DNA of 46,303 nucleotides from Alphaproteobacteria bacterium (GTDB taxonomy: Bacteria > Pseudomonadota > Alphaproteobacteria > RF32 > CAG-239), in contig JAGASU010000039.1 in the NCBI GenBank assembly GCA_017621635.1, forward strand, positions 1 through 46,303, in the 5' to 3' direction. Positions 41,195 through 46,303 of the stretch are shown in pieces; the stretch's first letter is position 1; every line of letters starts with the position of its first letter. The position numbers and the translations under genes are program-made. The notes under the pieces were generated by a model. The model did no database searches. It was not told the DNA's origin and saw only the letters and a program-made list of their open reading frames with translations.

Positions 41195-42800
41195 AAATTT
41201 CAATTTAGCAGAAGATTATGATATTAATTTTTTAGGGCGGATTTTTGTAAAAAGCTTTTTTATTTGCTTTATTGTTTGGTCTTATTTGTTGTTTTGGCTT
41301 TGGTGGGGGGACCATGATTGGGGCTATATTCGTAATCAGCTTGCTCTAAAGGACGGTTTTTTTGAAGCAAGATACAGTCAACACTTATTTTCGGTTGTTT
41401 TGTTTAACGGGCAGGTTTTGCCGGTGTTGGTGTGGATTTGTTCAATTGCGGCGTTGGTGCTGACAGGAGTTCTTGCGGCGGTTTATTTGAAGTTACCCAA
41501 AGAGAAAGATGTTTTTTATATATTTGTGCTGTTTGCCGGACTAAATCCGTTTGTTATTGTTTTTTTCTATTATGTTTATTTGGCGTTGCCGTTTATGGCA
41601 TGGCCACTTGTCGGCGTGGTCGGGTTAATGATTTGTGCGAAAGATAAGTCTTGGAAGCGTTTTGTTATCGGGAGTGTGATTTGGTTTTTGGTTTTGGGGA
41701 GTTATCCGCCGAATGTTGCGTTGTTGCTGACACTCTTTACGGCAAGGCAGATTATTGATTATTGTTATGAAAATGAAGGGCTAAAGAAGATTTTTTTAGC
41801 GTATGTTTATTTTTGCGGGCAGTTTATTTTAGCTTTTGCGGGATTTAAGTTTGTTTACCGGATTTTAGAAAGCCGCCGGCTTATTAATTTAGATATGTAT
41901 AATATCAAGATGCGCAGTATTGAAGAAATTATTGCACATATTCCGCTTGAAACAGGATGGTCTGTCGGGCAATTTTTTAATATTTATACGTTTATGTCGT
42001 GGGATTATTGTATTTTATTGTTTATTCCGGTTGCGGCGGCGTTTTATTTGCTTTATTACAAATGTAAAAGGAGCCGCGTGGTTTTGAGTTTGCTTTTAAT
42101 CGGAGTGCTGTTGTGTTCGCGCTTTGCTTTTCTTATCAGCCCGCGGTCAGAGGTCAGTGCGGTGAGGCTGGAGTATTTCGGGCGTTTTGGGTTAGGGCTT
42201 TTTGCTTTGAGCATTATTGGCCGGCTGAGGCAGAAATGCTCAAAAAATTTGTTTTTATTGTGGGGTGCGGAAGTACTGTTTTTATTTGTGCAAACAGATT
42301 TTGAAATACAAAAAGTGCAAAATTTCAGCTTTTTGGCGGGACGGAAATATCAGGAAAGATTAGTGGACAGGATTGTTTCTCATCCGAATTTTGTTATGGA
42401 AAAGAAATATATTGCTTTTTCATTTGGAAATCCGATTTTTCAGAAACATTTTTTAGAGGGTAAAAATTTGCTTGGCGAACCGATTGTGTTCGGGTTGGTT
42501 TTTTATCATGATGTTATTAAAATGTTGTTTTGGGAGAATATGGATGAACCGGTAGCAATTGGCACAGGAATTAACGGCAAAACTATTTTGCGGGTAGACC
42601 ATAGTGATGGCGGGCCGTATTGGCTTAATCGCGATTATTGGAAAAATAATCCGGAGAATATGAATAACATAAGGTATTGGCTTTATATGGAGGCAAAACA
42701 AAACGGCGTTTATGTTGACGATAAGTATATTATTTTGGTGTTAGATATGCTTAATTTTTATAAGAATCGCGAGTTTGTTATTACGAAACTGGACGAATAG
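41178..42800 (+). CDS. Large membrane protein, putative GT-C/GtrII-like glycosyltransferase, paralog 1
   Basis: About 350 aa of multi-TM N-terminal part and about 190 aa of soluble C-terminal domain. First-loop motif WGDHDWGYIRNQLALKDGFFEARYSQHLF. The start is uncertain (ATG 41160 or 41178). Confidence 0.55.
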   Translation: MLGKIRNFNLAEDYDINFLGRIFVKSFFICFIVWSYLLFWLWWGDHDWGYIRNQLALKDGFFEARYSQHLFSVVLFNGQVLPVLVWICSIAALVLTGVLAAVYLKLPKEKDVFYIFVLFAGLNPFVIVFFYYVYLALPFMAWPLVGVVGLMICAKDKSWKRFVIGSVIWFLVLGSYPPNVALLLTLFTARQIIDYCYENEGLKKIFLAYVYFCGQFILAFAGFKFVYRILESRRLINLDMYNIKMRSIEEIIAHIPLETGWSVGQFFNIYTFMSWDYCILLFIPVAAAFYLLYYKCKRSRVVLSLLLIGVLLCSRFAFLISPRSEVSAVRLEYFGRFGLGLFALSIIGRLRQKCSKNLFLLWGAEVLFLFVQTDFEIQKVQNFSFLAGRKYQERLVDRIVSHPNFVMEKKYIAFSFGNPIFQKHFLEGKNLLGEPIVFGLVFYHDVIKMLFWENMDEPVAIGTGINGKTILRVDHSDGGPYWLNRDYWKNNPENMNNIRYWLYMEAKQNGVYVDDKYIILVLDMLNFYKNREFVITKLDE

Positions 42801-42893
42801 CTTTTTTAGGTGTGAAAAAAGTCTGGACGGGGTTTGTATAAATATAAAATTAGCGATAAACTATTTAAAATGGTTCTCTTAGAAAGAAAAAAG

Positions 42894-44501
42894 ATGTGCT
42901 TTGGCGAGAAACAACGGGATTTTTTGACGTATAAAGATGATGAAAAAGGACAGCTTCGGACTTTTTTTAAGGTTTGGGGAGTCCTTAATATTGTTTATGC
43001 GTATATGGTTTTTAATTTCTTTTGGGGAAATCATGATTGGGATTTTTTAAAGGACGGGGTTAAGCTTTCATCCGGCTTTTTTGAGGGACGATTCAGCCAG
43101 CATATTTTTTCTTATTTTTTATTTGACGGGCATATTTTGCCGGTAATAACTTATTTTTTGAGTTTTGCGGCATTGGTCGGGCTGGCGTTTGCGGTTGGCA
43201 GATATTTGGAAATTCCGCAAAAGATGTGGGGCGGGTTGGCACTTTTTATCGGGTTAAATCCGCATATGTTTGTGCTGTTTTATTATTTTTATTTGCTTTT
43301 GCCGTTTATTTGCTGGGCGGGGCTTGGTGTTTTGGCGTTGTTTTTAGCCGAGCCGAAATTCGGGGTGGTGAAATTTCTGGGAGGAGCTGTTTTTTGTGTT
43401 TTACTGTTGGGGAGTTATCCGCCTAATTTAAATTTTATTTTAACTGTATTTTTAGCGCGTCGGTTATTAATGATTTGGCTTCATAAACAGACGGTTAAAG
43501 AGGGCTTTTTTTGCGGTTGTTTCTTTTTGGGACAGCTTGTTGCGGGGTATCTGGGATATAAGGTTGTTTTTTCAGTTTTATTAAAATGGGGGTATTTGAA
43601 TAGTGAATGGTATAATTTGCAGGTACGCTCGGTAAGCGAAATGCTTGGGGCTGTTCCGGTTGAGTTGTGGCGTTCTTTGGAGCAGTTGTTTCACTTTTAT
43701 CATTTTATGGACTGGGCGTATTGTGTTCCGCTTGCGGCGGGCTGTTTTGCGGCGATAGGGCTGTTTATCAAAAATGCAGAGAATAAAATCATTGCCGGAG
43801 TTGGAATTGTTGTGATTTTTCTGGCGTCACGATTTGCCTTTCTTGTGTCGGCGAGTTCTTATGTTGCCGTTTTTCGCTGTGAATATTGGGGACGCTTAGG
43901 ATTGTATGTTTTTGCATTTAGTATTTTGTCGCATTTTAAACAGCGGGAAATAAAAAATTTTCTTTTTGCTTTAGGGATAATTGTGCTTTGGATTTTTGTT
44001 AAAACTGATTTTGAGATTGAAAAAGTACGTTATTCAGGGTTTAGGGCGGAGCGGCTCTATCATACGCGACTGGTGGAGCGGGTTGTACAACATAAGAGCT
44101 TTGATGCACAGAAGAAATATTTATCACTTGCGTTTGGCGGTTCTGATTTTTGTTTAAAATATTATGATTCAAACTATGTGGTTAAAGAAGGGGAATTTTT
44201 GGGAAAATTGACCTTGCCTTTTCAGCTTATAGAGGTGCTGTTTTTCGAAGAAAACCAAAATCCGGTGGATATTCAAGCAGGTGTGTGGGCTTCTCAACTC
44301 TATACCAAGGGGCCGAAAAGCGAAAAATATAGGAAGCAGCCGTTGAATGTTCAAAATATGCGTTATTGGATGTATAATGAAGCCAAGGTGTTTCCGAAGG
44401 AGGATTTTATTTATGCAGATGATAAGTTTTTGTTGCTGAATTTAGATGAGTTGCTTTTTGCACGTTATCGGGAGGTTGTTTTGAAAGGAATCGATTATTG
44501 A
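42894..44501 (+). CDS. Large membrane protein, putative GT-C/GtrII-like glycosyltransferase, paralog 2
   Basis: Collinear with paralog 1 (WGNHDWDFLKDGVKLSSGFFEGRFSQHIF; GLNPHMFVLFYYFYLLLPF; LGSYPPNLNFIL; MRYWMYNEAK). The start was chosen by alignment with the paralog; TTG 42834 and ATG 42870 are alternatives. Confidence 0.55.
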   Translation: MCFGEKQRDFLTYKDDEKGQLRTFFKVWGVLNIVYAYMVFNFFWGNHDWDFLKDGVKLSSGFFEGRFSQHIFSYFLFDGHILPVITYFLSFAALVGLAFAVGRYLEIPQKMWGGLALFIGLNPHMFVLFYYFYLLLPFICWAGLGVLALFLAEPKFGVVKFLGGAVFCVLLLGSYPPNLNFILTVFLARRLLMIWLHKQTVKEGFFCGCFFLGQLVAGYLGYKVVFSVLLKWGYLNSEWYNLQVRSVSEMLGAVPVELWRSLEQLFHFYHFMDWAYCVPLAAGCFAAIGLFIKNAENKIIAGVGIVVIFLASRFAFLVSASSYVAVFRCEYWGRLGLYVFAFSILSHFKQREIKNFLFALGIIVLWIFVKTDFEIEKVRYSGFRAERLYHTRLVERVVQHKSFDAQKKYLSLAFGGSDFCLKYYDSNYVVKEGEFLGKLTLPFQLIEVLFFEENQNPVDIQAGVWASQLYTKGPKSEKYRKQPLNVQNMRYWMYNEAKVFPKEDFIYADDKFLLLNLDELLFARYREVVLKGIDY

Positions 44502-44516
44502 GGTTTGAAATAAAAA

Positions 44517-44550
44517 GAAAACCGCTGAGTTCTCTCAACGGTTTTCTTTT
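44517..44550. terminator. Bidirectional terminator between GT-C paralog 2 and ackA
   Basis: Stem GAAAACCG-c-TGAG / CTCA-a-CGGTTTTC, flanked by A-rich and T-rich runs. Confidence 0.65.
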
Positions 44551-44566
44551 GGACTGTTTAGATTGA

Positions 44567-45751
44567 TTATGCGCCGAAAACAATGTGCATTGTGTCTTTA
44601 GCAATCATATATTCCTCATCGGTCGGGATAACAAAAACACGAACTTTAGAATCCGGTGTGGAGATTTCTGTTATACTGCCGCGCTTGTTGTTGGCTTCTT
44701 CATCTAAGGTTATGCCTAAATAGCTTAAACGTTCTAAAACAAGCTTTCTGACTAAGGAGCCGTTTTCACCGATGCCGGCCGTGAAGACGATAGCGTCAAC
44801 ACCGCCTAAAACGGCAATATAAGAACCGATGAAACGGATAATGCTATGAATATAGGTGTCCATAGCGTCTGTTGCGTTTTGTTCTACGCCGTAGAGTGTT
44901 TCTACATCACGGTTGTCAGAATAACCGCAGAGGCCGAACATACCGCTTTTTTTGTTAAGAATTTCATTAACCTCGTCAGGGGTTTTGTTTTGTGATTTGC
45001 AAATGTAAAGCGGAATATAGGGGTCAATATCACCGCAACGGGTTCCCATAATTAATCCGGCAAGCGGCGTGAAGCCCATGGAGGTATCAAGGCAAAGACC
45101 GTTATTAACAGCGGAGATAGAAGCACCGTTGCCAAGGTGACAGGTGATGATTTTGCCTTTTTTGCCGATGAGTTCGGCTGCTTTTTGCGATACATAAGCG
45201 TGTGATGTGCCGTGGAAACCATAGCGGCGAATCTTGTATTTTGTGTATTGTTCAAGCGGCAATGCATAGAGATATGCTTCTTTAGGCATTGTTTGATGAA
45301 AGGCCGTATCAAATACAACAGTTTGCGGAACGTTTGGCAAAAGCTTTTGTACGGCTTTAATGCCTAAAACGTGGGCGTGGTTGTGAAGCGGTGCAAGCTC
45401 GGCCAGATTTTCTATCTGGTCAACAACAGTGTCTGTTACTAAGACAGAGTTTTTGAAGATATCTCCGCCTTGTACGACACGGTGGCCGACAGCGTCAATT
45501 TCAGCCATTGAAGTCAACGCGCCGTTTAGGAGTTCGGCTATAACTTCATTGATGGCTTCATTGTGTGTGGGGAGGGCGACTTCACGTTTGCGTTTATCCC
45601 CGTTCGGGAATTTAATTTCTACAAAAGAGCCGTTAATTCCGATACGGTCGGCAACACCTTTGGCTACAACGTCGTATTTGTCGTCTGTTACGTTGAACAG
45701 CTGATATTTTAGTGAGGAGGAGCCAGAGTTTAAAACTAAAATTTTTTTCAT
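44567..45751 (-). CDS. ackA: Acetate kinase
   Basis: MKKILVLNSGSSSLKYQLF start, plus the HRVVQGG, GFHGTSH and TCHLGNGASI motifs. Confidence 0.95.
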   Translation of the reverse strand: MKKILVLNSGSSSLKYQLFNVTDDKYDVVAKGVADRIGINGSFVEIKFPNGDKRKREVALPTHNEAINEVIAELLNGALTSMAEIDAVGHRVVQGGDIFKNSVLVTDTVVDQIENLAELAPLHNHAHVLGIKAVQKLLPNVPQTVVFDTAFHQTMPKEAYLYALPLEQYTKYKIRRYGFHGTSHAYVSQKAAELIGKKGKIITCHLGNGASISAVNNGLCLDTSMGFTPLAGLIMGTRCGDIDPYIPLYICKSQNKTPDEVNEILNKKSGMFGLCGYSDNRDVETLYGVEQNATDAMDTYIHSIIRFIGSYIAVLGGVDAIVFTAGIGENGSLVRKLVLERLSYLGITLDEEANNKRGSITEISTPDSKVRVFVIPTDEEYMIAKDTMHIVFGA

Positions 45752-45772
45752 TGTTTGAGTTCCTTATTTCTG

Positions 45773-46303
45773 TTATTTAACGGCTTGAATAGCGGTTATG
45801 GCAATCATTCCGATAATGTCTTCAACCAAAGCACCGCGGGAAAGGTCATTTACCGGCGCATTTAAACCCTGCATTATCGGACCGTATGCTTCCGCACCGT
45901 ATAAGCGCTGTAAAAGTTTGTAACCGATGTTGCCAACTTCCAAGCAAGGGAAAATCATAACGTTGGCGTGTCCTGCAACTTTTGAAGAGGGGGCTTTCTT
46001 TTTAGCGACAACCGAATCGAGTGCGGCGTCTGCCTGTAATTCACCATCAATTAAGGCTTTGCCTTTGAGGTTGCTGTTTTCAAGCATTTCTTGCGCGATT
46101 TTGGTGGCGTTTCTGACTTTGTCTACCATTCCGCCGGAACCTGAGCCGTAGGTGGAATAAGAAAGCATGGCAACTTTCGGGTCTAATCCGAATTTAATAG
46201 CGGTTTCGGCACTGGCTAGAGCCATATCGGCAAGTTCCTGCTCGGATGGGTTGATGATAATGGCGCAATCTGAGAAAATATAGGGTTTGTCATTGGCAAC
46301 CAA
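45773..46303 (-). CDS. pta: Phosphate acetyltransferase, C-terminal part (gene runs off the window)
   Basis: PTA_PTB domain blocks are YIFSDCAIIINPSEQELADMA, LSYSTYGSGSG and ANVMIFPCLEVGNIGYKL. It lies directly upstream of ackA. The N-terminus is outside the window. Confidence 0.9.
   Translation of the reverse strand: MVANDKPYIFSDCAIIINPSEQELADMALASAETAIKFGLDPKVAMLSYSTYGSGSGGMVDKVRNATKIAQEMLENSNLKGKALIDGELQADAALDSVVAKKKAPSSKVAGHANVMIFPCLEVGNIGYKLLQRLYGAEAYGPIMQGLNAPVNDLSRGALVEDIIGMIAITAIQAVK

Overview
This is a 46.3-kb chromosomal segment from a low-GC, Gram-negative-type bacterium. Hand counts put most genes at about 42-53% GC.

Lineage (inference only): the gene content suggests an uncultured, fermentative alphaproteobacterium-like organism. 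Supporting features are the three-part PntAA/PntAB/PntB transhydrogenase, an ELM1-family protein, RHH_4-like small proteins, an RND efflux pump, a YiaD/OmpA lipoprotein and AckA-Pta.

I support about 48 protein genes and found no rRNA, tRNA, CRISPR array, transposase or integrase. In window order:
- A minus-strand operon: NapH-NapG-like fused polyferredoxin, tatA, tatC and a signal-peptide flavodoxin, with a divergent MerR regulator.
- Two tandem RHH_4-like paralogs, an orphan gene and an ELM1-family gene.
- Two small exported proteins, then a CbpA-like J-protein coupled to a DUF1349 protein.
- A TetR / membrane-fusion protein / RND pump efflux operon.
- A glycan operon (GT2, UDP-xylose synthase, UDP-glucose dehydrogenase, two-domain GT2-GT8 enzyme). 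Its last two genes lie in a sharply AT-rich island.
- An orphan T/Q/N-rich protein and an internally duplicated small membrane protein.
- A loose peptidoglycan-recycling neighbourhood: divergent AnmK coupled to a YjbR/MmcQ protein, AstE/AspA-type zinc hydrolase, GNAT, M50B-like protease, and a Mur-ligase-LdcA operon with a divergent TetR.
- pntAA-pntAB-pntB, a short-chain ChrA pair, typA/bipA, two orphan genes and yiaD.
- Three large GT-C-type membrane proteins, two of them tandem paralogs.
- ackA and the 3' part of pta.

The best candidate for something new is the last gene of the AT-rich island: a stand-alone GHKL ATPase with a PD-(D/E)xK-like C-terminal module. Other leads are the NapHG fusion with an internal twin-arginine motif beside its own tatAC, the Ugd/Uxs-linked GT2-GT8 enzyme, and several candidate RNA elements.

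All family calls come from motif recognition by eye. No database search was run.
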